From the NCBI GenBank assembly GCA_012026655.1, contig JAAILG010001034.1, forward strand, positions 1 through 64,000: 64,000 nucleotides of DNA, read 5' to 3'. The stretch is from Hydrolagus affinis. Its lineage: Eukaryota. Under the pieces are notes generated by a model. That model saw only the letters and a program-made list of their open reading frames with translations. It had not been told where the DNA came from and did not search any database. The translations under genes and the position numbers were made by a program. This document shows, one piece after another, positions 13,636-25,887 of this stretch (positions are counted from its first letter, which is position 1; each line of letters begins with the position of its first letter).

Positions 13636-15388
13636 ATTGGTGCTCTCCTGCCCAAGTGGCCATTGTTAACATGTGAGCCTTGGGTGTGAATGTACTTGAC
13701 CTCTCCCTACCGCCTACCACACGAGTGCAGGTTTAAGTGCTCCGTAACGTGACCCGTATGAAGAGTGCTGTGCAAAATTTAAAGTTATCTTTGTGAAGAG
13801 GAGGGATCAGAAGCAGAAAAGCTGGATGATTTTGTTAGGGAGAACTGCGGTTCAATTTAGCCTCCTCATGAGAACTTAGCACAGATGATTCAAATCTGCA
13901 TGCTACTAGTTCCCAAATGTTCCATCAGCTGCTATGTATCCACTACACCATCAATGCTGCACCTTGGAACAGATTTTAACAGTCAGGTAACTAATCACCT
14001 CCATATATAAAGCAGAACATTGTACAATACAGTCTTTCAGAGATATAAATGAGTAACTGCAACTGTAAGATTCCCTGAATAAAACTGGACATGAAAGCGT
14101 ATGGATTCGCTCAACTGTAGTCAAATTATTCACGTCAGAACTTGATTTTAATCGTGCTCAATTTGCTATCAGACAGGATTATCTAATTAGAAAGACAGAG
14201 TCTGTAGAAGGCACAGGTTTCCCGAGCCAAACCTATGTTTGATACATACAATGGACAGCCCTGCAGGAACCAACAGTGACTGGAAGACAGGCAGACGCGA
14301 CACTGAGGATTTGCAGATTTCTGATGCAGGAGTGACATATTGGGAGTTAATTTTCTGCTATATTCACTATTTATCAAATCGATTGTACCCGGATATGCCA
14401 GAGACAGAAACTATGATATGGATCACCATGGCAATGCCTATGAAGTGGGACAAAGACATGAGGTAGATTCAGGTTTTTGACCACCATACTAGTCTTCCAA
14501 CAATCATAGAAACTGACCAAATAACAGTTGGATTCACAAGTGTTTCACAAGTCCAAATCCATGGGCCCAGCTTGACCAACAATACCATTGTGAATTGCAT
14601 GGGGGAGCAGGTGGGAAGAGGAGAGGAGGTTCATCTCCCATAAAACAAGGTACATTAATGTGATAAATTGACTCAATGGCTGAGCATAAACTTTACATTA
14701 CAAACAACAATTCCCAGTCTTTCTGGATACTGAGGACGCTCATACTTAATTCTATGTGTTACTCAGGGAAAAGGCTTAAGCAGATAGATAAGATGAAAGA
14801 TGAATACCTCTTTGGTAATCTCTGAATCTTTCCCCATTGTTTTTCTTTACTGAACTGATAGCATCGCTGAAATCTAACTAGATATTTTAATAACTATTTA
14901 GTGCTGATTCTACTTTTTAAGGCTCACCCAAATCCTCAATTTATATTTTTGGGTGAAACTGTATACTCATTAGGCCATGATAACTTAAGTGTTATGAGAA
15001 ATCATATCATTTACAGTCAGAGTAATAGAGCATAAAACCAATTAAACAAATTGCTGGTTTAAATTGAGGAAACATTCTGATATTACCACAGACATTCTCA
15101 TGTGTTTGCTTCTCAAACCTTGGGTGCCCAGCTTGTTTACTAAATAATAACACACAGAATGAAGTGTGAGAGTGCTCAGTAGCCTCTACTGCTTGAAACA
15201 TTGGAGGAAACCTTCTGAAATCTGGTGTTAGCCTGGCTCAGTTGGAAGCACCATTTCCTCTAAGACATAAGACTGTGGGTTCAAGCCTCACATCAGGTCT
15301 TTGAACTCAAAGACTTGGCTGACACTCGAGTATACTGGAGTGTGAGGCATTGTTGGCGGTGCCATCCCTCAGATGACAGATTAAACTA

Positions 15389-15651
15389 AACAAAACTCAA
15401 AATACTACAGATGCTGGAAATCTGAAACAAAAACAAAAGCTGCTGGGAAAACTCAGCAGGTCAGGCAGCATCCATGGAGAAAGGAAAGGAAAAGTGAGTC
15501 AACGTTTCAGATCCACGACCCTTCATCAGAACTGGGCATGTTGGGAGGGAGAGGTTTTTAAGGACAGGTTAGAGAGTGGGAGGCAGGTCAAGGAAGACAA
15601 AGGAGACAAAGAAGACAAAGGAAACAAATTGTTAATTGAATGGTTGATGGG
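15389..15651 (-). mobile_element. Penelope-like/hammerhead-family insert with 8-bp TSD
   Basis: Flanked by TTAAACTA at 15381-15388 and 15652-15659; interrupts a Deu-SINE. Confidence 0.75.
15497..15533 (-). ncRNA. Minimal type I hammerhead ribozyme motif (core intact)
   Basis: AGTT CTGATGA A GGGTC GTG GATCT GAAA CG TT GACT; stem II contains two G.U wobbles. Confidence 0.6.
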
Positions 15652-16027
15652 TTAAACTATAGTCTGTCTTCCTGTACAGGGAGATATTGAAAATCCCAAG
15701 GCATTATTCAAAAAGAGAACAGAATTTATCTCAGTGTTCTGTCCAATATTCTCCCAAATAACATTGGTCATTTACTGCACGACTGTTTGTGAGATAGTGC
15801 TATGCACAAATTGGCTGTTGTGTTCACCTCCAAAAATTCACTGTATTTTCAGTGAAATGCTTTGAGGAGCCTCCAGGTATGAAAAAGTCCTCATATGGAA
15901 AGCTAAGATTATTCACTTGTTACTGAAACCTAAATACCGAGGACACATACACACACAGAGCTATGGAAAGGATATCTGCCAGTATAAGCCTCTAATAGCC
16001 AACACACTAGATTGGTGAACAGTATTC

Positions 16028-16383
16028 AATAATAATAACTGCATTTGATATAGCTCTTACCAGACTTCAAGATTTTTTAATCAAAGTGTTTACAAAATAT
16101 ACTGTAAAGTGAGTTGACTATATTTTCGGGGCGGAAACGCAACAGCCAATTGCACACAGCAATGTCCTACAAATAGTCATGGTTTGAATGACCAAATTAT
16201 TATTTTAATCTTTTTTGAAAGGATTATTACCCCCAGAAAAGTGATCCACCAATTGACTAACAACAGGGTTCCTACTTTCTGCTAAGTAAACAGAGGCCTT
16301 TGGTATAAGGAAACTTGCCTAAAGTTTCATCCTGCCTGTCTTCTCACTTGCGACTTGCTCTCACCACTGAGCTGCAGGACTCC
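16028..16383 (-). mobile_element. tRNA-derived Deu-domain SINE, long form (extra ~60-bp internal segment)
   Basis: Has the segment GAAAAGTGATCCACCAATTGACTAACAACAGGGTTCCTACTTTCTGCTAAGTAAACAGAGG, absent from short-form copies. Confidence 0.8.
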
Positions 16384-16591
16384 GTGACTATGGTGCAGAT
16401 TTCAGGACTATGGTGCAGAAAGATGTGATTAAAGAGAATTATACTACCAGACCACTTACAGATTAATGAAGAGTGACCCAGTCAATGCTATAAATGATGA
16501 CTCAATCCTGTGATAAATCTTTCACTTTTAAAAACTGACTTGCTTACTTCCTTAGCAAATAGGTGTTCTGGGTTGGAATTGTCTTTAATAC

Positions 16592-16691
16592 NNNNNNNNN
16601 NNNNNNNNNNNNNNNNNNNNNNNNNNNNNNNNNNNNNNNNNNNNNNNNNNNNNNNNNNNNNNNNNNNNNNNNNNNNNNNNNNNNNNNNNNN
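16592..16691. other. Assembly gap (100 N)
   Basis: Run of 100 N. Confidence 1.
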
Positions 16692-18495
16692 CATGTCACT
16701 TTTGGGGGGAAGTGGGGGGGGAAGGGTGATAGCCTTTGTCAATGAATAAGATACCTTGGCTTACATCATACTGCAAGATACTGCATCATCTTAGAGCTTT
16801 CTGATTGCATACTGGACACCTCATGTCCAGTTTTATTCAGGAAATCTTCGTTCATTGTTTTCTCATCCACAAATATTTGTTTCCAGCTCATCCAGATCTT
16901 CTTCAGACAGTTCCTATCAGGAGCTGACAGAATGTTCACAGTTGATAAATGAATTTAGCATTTCCTCCAAGGTAAATCCCAGCATTGCACAACTGAAAGT
17001 CAAAGAGGTCACTGACTGACATATTTTCCAACTTTATAAATGTATCTGTTCTTTCTCCACAATTGATCAACGAAAAACATTATAAAAACACATATTTATG
17101 ATACGTTCTGTACAATACAACTACAATTGAAATAGATCTTAAGAATTCCAACATTGCTATTTTGCTTTGGTCAATATGAATAGTTCTGATAGTCAGTCAA
17201 ACCGCAACACACACTGGAATGTGGGAATACCAGGATTGTCCATTCCATTATAAAACTGCTGTTGATGGAATCATATGTGCCATAAACATAGTCAGCGGTC
17301 AGACTTTGTGTGTCCAATTAACTCTGAATGTCTAAACATACCACCGCACGGAGAATTTACCTTTGCACATAAAATATTACAAACACACGTCGGACCAAAT
17401 GCTACCCATAAGACCTGAAATTCACCTAGTCTTAAGACTGCAAGATCAATTTTGTGCATAAAACAATTAAGATTATGAGGTGAACCGATGATGTAATTGA
17501 CAGAATCGTGTCTTATGAACCAGGAGCTTGCTTCCAGCGCTTTGGGACGTCCTCCCGACATGAAAGGCTCTCTATAAATGTAATTTTGTTGTTGCTGGAT
17601 TGAATGCTGGCCTTCCCAGAGCACGGGAGGTAAAAATCAACCAGGGTTCTGCCTCCTGCTCCCTCTATAGCATCCCCTACTGGTTGTGTGCATGCTTTTT
17701 CCAACCATGAGGCGAGAGGACAAGTTTAGGTGTGATACCCTCTTTCGATGCCCCAACATTCACGGTCAAGACTCACACATAAACAATGCCCACTTGGATG
17801 GAACTGCACCACTACAAGGAAACCAGGCCAGACCCAGAGACATAGGCCTGGGGAGAGAACATTTAAGGAAACAATTGGACGCGATGATTTTATAAAAAGG
17901 AGAAAATCAAATTAAGATCAGTAACAAAGGAAAGGGAGAAAGCCATTCAGTCCATCAAGACAGTTCCACAAGTTTATTGGATCCCAGCAGAATTGTGGAA
18001 AATTCTTCAATTCAGTTTTTCGAAACTATTTAGTTTTTTTCAGTTCTGAAAAGAAACGGCTTCCAAATTGAGATGGAATTTAAGAAATTTCCACAATTCT
18101 GTGCATTCGCAAATTTTAAATCAAAATGTTCTACAGGCGAGGACTGGATGGAATTTTTTGCTATGTTTGATTTTATTCTGCAGAATTATTTAATCAGTGG
18201 AGGATTTATGTAATTAATTTTTCTGAAATACTGATTAGCTAAGCCACAATCATAGCTTTGTTCCCAATGTGTACAAAATGGTACCAATAGTATATCAACC
18301 TTCAAGGAATATCTGTTTCAAAATAACTGATACCATATCAGCAACAGAGCATCCTCTTATCTCAGATTCTAACAGATTTTTTGTTATGTTTAGTTATTTT
18401 GGTATCTCAGTTGTTCCTGTCTTGAACACACAGTGTTACACAGGAGTCACTTTGATATCCATGGTTTGTAGAGATTGAATCATCCTGTTTCTTAC

Positions 18496-18633
18496 CTGGA
18501 CCAAGTTCCATTCTTCAAGGGATTCAGCGATGATGGATGTAACAGATGGACAAACTCCTCCAAATATCATCAGGTGCTTAGGTCCATACTTGATGCCATC
18601 AAAGAAGGCTTTGAGTCCTTTAGCATTATCACA
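18496..18633 (-). CDS. GABBR2: Internal coding exon of GABA-B receptor subunit 2 (Venus-flytrap LB1 region), equivalent to human exon 2
   Basis: Minus strand reads ...ttatttgttccag|TGT GAT AAT GCT AAA...TTG GTC CAG|gtaagaa, giving a 138-nt phase 0/0 exon. It translates to [46 protein letters not shown], 40/46 identical to the human GABBR2 segment as I recall it ([46 protein letters not shown]). I did not find neighbouring exons in the window. Confidence 0.95.
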
Positions 18634-19009
18634 CTGGAACAAATAAGGAAACATAAGTCATTACATCTCTCTGATGGTAAACCTACATCCAAAATGTTTT
18701 GCGTCACTAAGACCATAACTGAGCACAGATATCTTGTAAAATTGAAGTTCAGTTTTGAACAATACTTTGTGACTAGGGTTCTGATCTAACACGCAGCATG
18801 TATAAATGATTAAACTGTGGGTAAAATACAGGTATGAACATATTATTTATACTATATGTAAACCAGGAATTGCAGAGGTATTTAATTAATTATGGAATTA
18901 ACAACCAATCATTTTCATTACTTTTTAACAATATAACTGGCCAACTGTAATTCCCTCTATGCACACGCATTTGCGCATGGTTTACACACGTGCTTAAATA
19001 ATAAATATA

Positions 19010-19306
19010 ATATAATAATCCTTGCATTTGAATACAGCGCTTTTCACGTTTTCTGGACGTTTCAAAGCACTTCACAGAACTGTAAAGTGAATTGACTGTA
19101 TATTTGTGGGCGAAACATGGCAGCTAATTGCGCACAGCAGTATCCCACAAATAGTCGTGGATTGAAATGAACAATTTGTTTTTTTTGAATGGATTATTAT
19201 TAGGCGTGTGGAACAAGGAAACTTGTCCAAGGTTTCGCTGTGACCTGCCTGGATTTGAAACACAGCTTGTAAGGCGTGTGTTCTAACCACTGAGCTACAG
19301 AACTCC
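19010..19306 (-). mobile_element. tRNA-derived Deu-domain SINE, short form
   Basis: Head, core and tail match 5621-5937. Confidence 0.9.
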
Positions 19307-20453
19307 ACATAATTGATCTGAGTAGAGGGAAATCATATTTTTCTCTTATTGATCTGTGAAATTAAAGTGCACACTTTCCACAAGTCCCCAAATCCGACAT
19401 CTATTTCAGCTGCTTTTGTCACGAGTGGCCTGAGGACAAACATGAAGCACTGGAGTGCTATCTGCCAGAGCAAGACTGCACCAGAAAACATTTGAGCTGT
19501 CGCCGGGTTCAAGAGTGCAGAAATATTTCATTTCACATGTCATCAATCCACATAAAAGAGCCACAGGATTTCATATTTGTACGAAAGACGCAATTTGCTC
19601 CTGACGGTGCAATAAAGAGTAAGGTGAGAATGGATCTTTCGAGGTAGGCTTATACTCAGTCTAGCGTCACAAACATCTTCAATAGCTTGCACCTATATAA
19701 CCGCTTTCAAACAGGATAACATATCAAAACAAAGCGCAATTGGAGTTCACAAAAAATAAGCAAAGTCATTAAAAATAGGGATTGTAACTATCTGGCTAGA
19801 TTTTAAAAACTAGCGTGAATCAGTATTATTTCTCTATTGTAAATTCTGGAAACCAAAATTATTCAAACCTCAACATTTGGTAAATTGTAGCATAATATTT
19901 TGAGCGTGGCAGGATCCACCCATGACTCCAACCTGATATTCTCTTCCTATGTGTTATCGATGCACATTTCCAATGGTTTGGTTTTGAAGTGCTCTGAGAC
20001 ACCATCTGGCATGGAGGGCGCTATATAAATCAAAGTTATTGTTGTTTTAGATGTGTAATTTTATACCTTATCCTCTTTTTACTGAAGCGAAATAGTAACG
20101 TTAGAGAGTGTGTCATATTTTAAAATACATTTACCATGTATAATGTTCGCCCACGAAACACAGTCACTGTGTATCTTTACAGTGTATCCTGTGAAGTACA
20201 TTGGGATATCCTCTCCATATGAAAGGCGCTTTATTAAATGAAAGGATTATTATTAGACCAAAAAATGCTTGGTCACTCTACTTCATATTATATCCTGTAA
20301 AGTGCTTTGAGACATTCAAACATATCAAAAGCAAAGATTATTTTTAATTTATATTTTTTATATATTTTCCATATGATGTTGTTTGGGAACAAATCTGTGA
20401 TGCAGTGGATCTTCAATGCTTTAATGCTTTTTTTTGTAAATAGGATTATAGTA

Positions 20454-21190
20454 CAGTAGAAGCCCGTTTATCCGTGATTCGCTGCACCAGCACTTCCTTA
20501 TAACCGGCACGCCAAAAAAAAAGTCCCCATTCGATAAACCGGAACTTATCCGGAACAATAGTGGTGGAGCATTTGTAAATACATAAATAATAACATAATA
20601 ACAGAATATTGTATTGGTACTTATTATTAAAACTACTCTCTTGCGCTTCTCACCTTTGCTGGTAGACACTGCGCTTGAAGCCATGATGCTGTGGTTGAGG
20701 TTTATAGTCCAGCAATTCTTTTTAAGATGGAGCATGCCAAGCGGATGAACAAAACAGAGCACGACTTTAAAGCCATACTAGCGGCAAGCCGATAACTTTA
20801 GCCGATAACCCACATTGTCACGCAGGTACAGTATTTTGGTTTGCCGCTAGTAGAGTCTAGGGGTTCGGCTTGCTGCTAGTAAAGTCGCGTGACTTTAAAA
20901 TCGCGCTGCCATTTTTATCGTCCGCTTGGTGTCCTCCATTTAAAAAAGAATCGCTGGACTGTAAACCTCAACCAGTAAAGGTGAGAAGTGCAAGAGAGTA
21001 GTTTTAACAATAACTACCAATACAATATTCGGTTATTATCTGTTACCATTTAGTCTGGTGTGAATGGTGTGTGTTAAAAGAACTTTAATTTTTTTGTGGT
21101 GGGTTTTCGGCCGCGGGCCGCCCGAATATCCGGGCGCTTTAACCAGCATTGGCCAGGTCCCGTGGGTGCCGGATAAACGGGCTTCCACTG
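20454..21190. mobile_element. Non-autonomous Tc1/mariner-superfamily (pogo/Tigger-type) DNA transposon
   Basis: TA|CAGTAGAAGCCCGTTTATCCG ... CGGATAAACGGGCTTCCACTG|TA gives 21-bp TIRs (1 mismatch) and a TA TSD. A remnant transposase N-terminus MASSAVSTSKGEKRKRVVL is on the minus strand. Confidence 0.88.
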
Positions 21191-21892
21191 TACAATAAAA
21201 TGTATAGCTGGCCTCACATAACTCACAACCATCATTGGTACAAGTGAGTTATGTTGGCCACAATGAAAGAGATTGATTTTCCATAAACTATATAACTATA
21301 AAAGCTCCCAATAAACATCAGTATTTATAGGATTATTGTATGTTTATGTATTTCACTGTTACATGCACGTGAGACTAATTCATGCTTAACCCATCCAGCA
21401 ACATGGAGAAGTTATCTTGCTCAGGCTCAATCACAACACTTTTAACAACCAAAATTGTCAAGTCTGTGACCCAGCCGAGCTAATCCTTACAATTCAAGAG
21501 AATCATTTGGCTCAAAAACTGACTTTGGATGCCAGACAATCGGAGGCCAGGTATTCCAATACTAATATTACAGTAATGAATGCTCTCCGAACATCTGAGG
21601 AGTTCCATTACTGCGATACTTCAGAAGATCTCGGGCAAGCAGATCACTCTGTGAATCCTATCCATCACTTTGTCAGCAAATTATACAACAAACAAAAAAC
21701 CAGCACAGTATTAAGTTGCCTTCCTCTGCCGATACACACACACACACACAAACACATAGCAAACATGCAAGTGGAATACCCATGAGGTATTTTCTAATTG
21801 GAAAAAATATTGGCCAATCTCCAATGAGAGCCGGAGAAAGATTTAATGAGCACCCAGTTGAACCCTGCTAGGCTGTATGGATTTAGATATGA

Positions 21893-22295
21893 ATAATGAT
21901 CATCCTTTCATTCAATAAAAAGCCTTTTACATCACCGAGGCGTCTCAAAGCGCTTCACAAAATTCTGCGAAGTGGATTGACTGTGTTATAGCGAGTTAGC
22001 GAAACAAACAGCCGATTGCACAAGGCAACGTTCCACAAACAGCCACAAAGCGAATCATCAATTGTATTCGAGAGATTGTTGCCCCGGATACCAGGAGAAG
22101 CAACCTTCTCTATTCGAATGGTGCCATGGGATCTTTTAACCGAACAGGCAGATGGGACCTCGGCTTAACATCCCATTCGACTGTGCAGCACGCCCCGCCC
22201 CCAGCAACGCATCGGGAGTATCAACGTAGTCTTTGTGATTCCAAGTCCCAATGTGGAGCTTGAACCCACAAGCTCTGACTCAAGAGACGAGAGTG
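21893..22295 (-). mobile_element. Older full-length-type Deu-SINE
   Basis: Tail, Deu core (GGTGCCATGGGATCTTTTAAC..GAACAGGCAGATGGGACCTCGG) and head (TGAACCCACAA.CTCTGACTCA). Confidence 0.78.
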
Positions 22296-23419
22296 CCCCT
22301 GCTTGTGGATGCTACCTTGCATGAAGAGAGTTACATAAATGCAAGTTATAGTTATACCAGGCTGACAATTCCACCTGAACTCAAATAATATTTTAAACAT
22401 TAGCACTTCTGATTTCAAGAGCAAAGCCTGGGCATCTAACCTCAACTGATTTAGCAATATTGTACAACCCAGCCTTGGTGCGTCCTAATGTACTGTTTTG
22501 GGTTTTTATTTTCAATCCCACTTAAAATGTTATACACCCCTACAGGATCCCTTCGGAGTTGTCTTCTCTCTCAAGAATGCACACAGCAATAGGTGCCATT
22601 TATAATCCTTAAAGCTTCTCCCGGTGTAAGCAGCAGAGTGACCAGCATACCGCACCTAAAATACAACATAATGTAGCTCCAACAATCCTCTGTACATTAA
22701 AGGTCCCAATCTCAGAAAGTCAATTCCTGGTAGGAATGGTCAATCAGTTTGTGCTCAGCCACATCCTAATCGCTGATGTCAGAGCATTACTGACAAGCTG
22801 ATCGAGGCGAAGGGGAGCAAAGGTGACCTAAAAGTACATCAAAATGATATTATATGACTCATGGATTTAAAGAATGCTGAGTTATTGACAAATAGCATTT
22901 TTTTTTTAATTCATGATAATTTTACTGGAAAATATTAGTAATATATTTCAGTTAAAAATAGACAAATTGAGTCCAACTGAATTTTTAATTTACATAGTAA
23001 AAAGATAAATATATCAAGAGGAGTGTATCATTTTTACTATATTGGACAAGGAAGGATTTTTACTGAAAACTTAAGAAATTGTTTCCATAGACAAGGTCAT
23101 AAATAACTAGCAGACAGACACCCTCACAAGAGCGTAGACGAAGACTAGTTACTGACAAATCAACCCGTACTGGAGAAACTATTCCCTTGACTAGCAAAAT
23201 GACAGCAGTTAAGATTCAGATTATTCTGTTACAATTTTCCTTCATCTAGTCTTACAAACAGATTAAAATCACTTGCAGCATAGAAGAGCAATATGGAGGC
23301 AAATGAAAGGATTTTGTACATTTGGAACATTTTAGCTCCCAAGACATTGAATTCTTTTAGTCACTAATTTTTTTATGGAACTTTTTAAAATATCTTAAAT
23401 TTTAAATGAGTGCTTTATT

Positions 23420-23732
23420 AATGATAATAATATTACTAACCCTTGCATTTGATATAGCACTTTCCACGTCTTCTAGATTTCTCAAAGCACTTCACAGAAT
23501 ATAATGTAAAGTGAATTAAGTGATATGTGGGAGAAACGCAGCAGCCAATTGCACACAGCAGTGTCCCACAAACAGTTGTGGATTGAAATGACCACATTAT
23601 TATTGTTTTTTTTTAGGGATTATTATTAGGCACGTGGAGTTAGGAAACTTGCCCAAAGTTTCACCCTGCGTGGAATTGAACCCAGGTCTCTCGCTTGTAA
23701 GCAAATGCTCTAACACTTAGCTACAGGACTCC
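23420..23732 (-). mobile_element. tRNA-derived Deu-domain SINE, short form
   Basis: Full match to the family. Confidence 0.9.
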
Positions 23733-23969
23733 ACATTTCTGTGTTATTAACACAATCAGCAGGTAGCACTATTAGTATAACTATTAACAGTCAGAAAATA
23801 ATAAAACTGGTGTGTAATCCTGCCCAGAACTACAGTAAATAAACTAAGAAGCAATTACGGTTGCTTTGATCTGTTTATCTAGCAGTGAGTAGAAACCCAG
23901 TCATTAGTCGATTGGCACATTGTTTTTCCAGAGGTAATAACCACTTCAAAAAAATAAAATAATGAATAA

Positions 23970-24143
23970 TAATAATAATTTGGTCACTCAATCCACAACA
24001 TTTGTGGGACACTGCTGTGTGCAAATAGCTGCCGTGTTTCGCCTACAACATAAACACTTTACAGTATATTCTGTGAAGCGCTTTGGGACATCTTGAAGAC
24101 ATGAGGAGGCACTATATCAAATGCAATGTTTATATTATTATTA
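23970..24143 (+). mobile_element. tRNA/Deu SINE 3' half
   Basis: TTTGTGGGACACTGCTGTGTGCAAATAGCTGCCG...GTGAAGCGCTTTGGGACATC...ATATCAAATGCAA. Confidence 0.8.
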
Positions 24144-24503
24144 GGTGTCAGCCTGGCTCAATTGGCAGCACAGAAAGTTGTGGGTTCAAGTTCCTTGTTG
24201 AGACTCGTTGTTTAGACTGAAACAGTGCTGGTGTTGTGCTGGATTGTTGAAGGTACCATCCTTCCCACTAGACATTACACTAACTATTCAGGTTGACATC
24301 AAAGATTACATGGCACTAGATGAAAAGTCGAGGAAGCTTAAAAATTGGTGATTCATCTCATGGGTGTTTGTGGGTCGTTTCTGTGCAGAAATTGGCTGCC
24401 ACATTTACTCACAAAATTATAGTCACTACACTTCGCAGTAGATCCTGTGAGGTGCTTTGAGATATCCTGATGTGAAAGGGCCATATCAAATGCAAGAATC
24501 ATT
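24144..24503 (+). mobile_element. Older Deu-SINE, degenerate
   Basis: Starts GGTGTCAGCCTGGCTCAATTGGCAGCAC; has the Deu core and tail. Confidence 0.68.
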
Positions 24504-25009
24504 AGGAACAAGAGGAGGTCATACCACCCAGTTGAGCCTGTTCTGCCCATAATAGTTACTCAATGGTTACTGTAGAACAATCGCTAACAGGCACATCAGG
24601 AATGCCCTGTCCATGGCAAACCTGTCTCATATCTCCATTGTCCTACCACTGGCAATTATACATATAAATCAAAATACAGTACATAGCACCTTGGGACATC
24701 CCTCACAAATTATATCTCAGGAAACAAAACCAGGAGAAAGATAATACCAAGGGAATCATTAAGTCAACAAATACAAGCTCCTCCGAATAACTGAAGCAAA
24801 CCAAGCCTTTCTATATATGACTCTGAGGAAATCTCTGCTAGTAAACAATCTGCAAAAGAGGCCCAAACAGCAAATATAGCAAGCACATTTTAAGCCTTGC
24901 ATGGTTCGTAATTTTGCTTTAGAACCACTTAAGCTTTTACTCATCAAAACAATTAAACATCTAGATTCCATACATTTTGTTTAATATTTTTTAACAGATA
25001 TTTATTTAT

Positions 25010-25470
25010 CCACACATTTGGCACTTCCCACCTTGATAATTCCAATGCCTACCTCACCAGACTTCTCACTCATGAAATCCATTTAATTCAAAACTCTCCC
25101 CTCATTAACACCAAGCTCCTTTGCCTCATTACCCCTCTTCTTGCCAGGCTCCACTGGCTCCCTTCTACAGAACAGATTTATTTTCCATCTATAAATCATT
25201 TCATGCCCTTCCACCTCCCTATCTCTCAGACCTGCTTACAGCCCAATCCGCTATCACAATCTCTGTTCAGCTGACTCTGGCCTCCTGCCCTCCCTGTCCC
25301 CTCCACTGTACCATCAATAGTCATGCTTTCAGCCACTACACCCCAAAACTATTGAATTCTGTTCCTTAATTCCTCTGTGTTGCCCCCCCCTACCTCCTTC
25401 TCTGTCTTCAGACCATACCTGTAGACATTCCTCTTCAACAGTGCGTACCTTCACCTACCCTCTCCCCAGC
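25010..25470 (+). mobile_element. Decayed L2 3' fragment
   Basis: Homologous to 13100-13550 and to the reverse complement of 26000-26500 (CTCCACTGGCTCCC, CCCTATCTCTCAGACCT). Confidence 0.65.
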
Positions 25471-25887
25471 TCAACAACCACAAAATTACATTTATAGAAT
25501 GCCTTTCACGTCGGGAGGACGACCCAAGGCACTGAACAACATCAATCTCCACCACTGCTAACCTCTGTGAGACACTTCCTCTCCATGAAGGTGCAGTACA
25601 AAAGTAAGTTGTTATATTCATGTCTGATTAGGTAGGAAATGGCAATCTCACTCAGAGAGGTGCAAGAATGGTTTGGTGTGAAATGGAAACTTCACTCTGG
25701 TCTGGTAGGGGAGCTTTATTCTGCAACAAACTGTTCTACCTGACCTTAGAGGGCTCGATGATAGCATTGGGCATATTTAATTGGTCTGCCCCATCAACAA
25801 AGTTCCCAAATCAAAGACTGAAAACTGGATGCACAAAATAGCAAAATATTCTACCATTATCATCATTCAGCTTGCTGAGCAAAGTAA

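Larger units (their letters stand above)
15225..15910 (+). mobile_element. Older Deu-SINE split by a Penelope-like/hammerhead insert
   Basis: Head GTGTTAGCCTGGCTCAGTTGGAAGCAC... runs to 15388 and resumes at ~15652 with the Deu core and tail. Confidence 0.75.
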
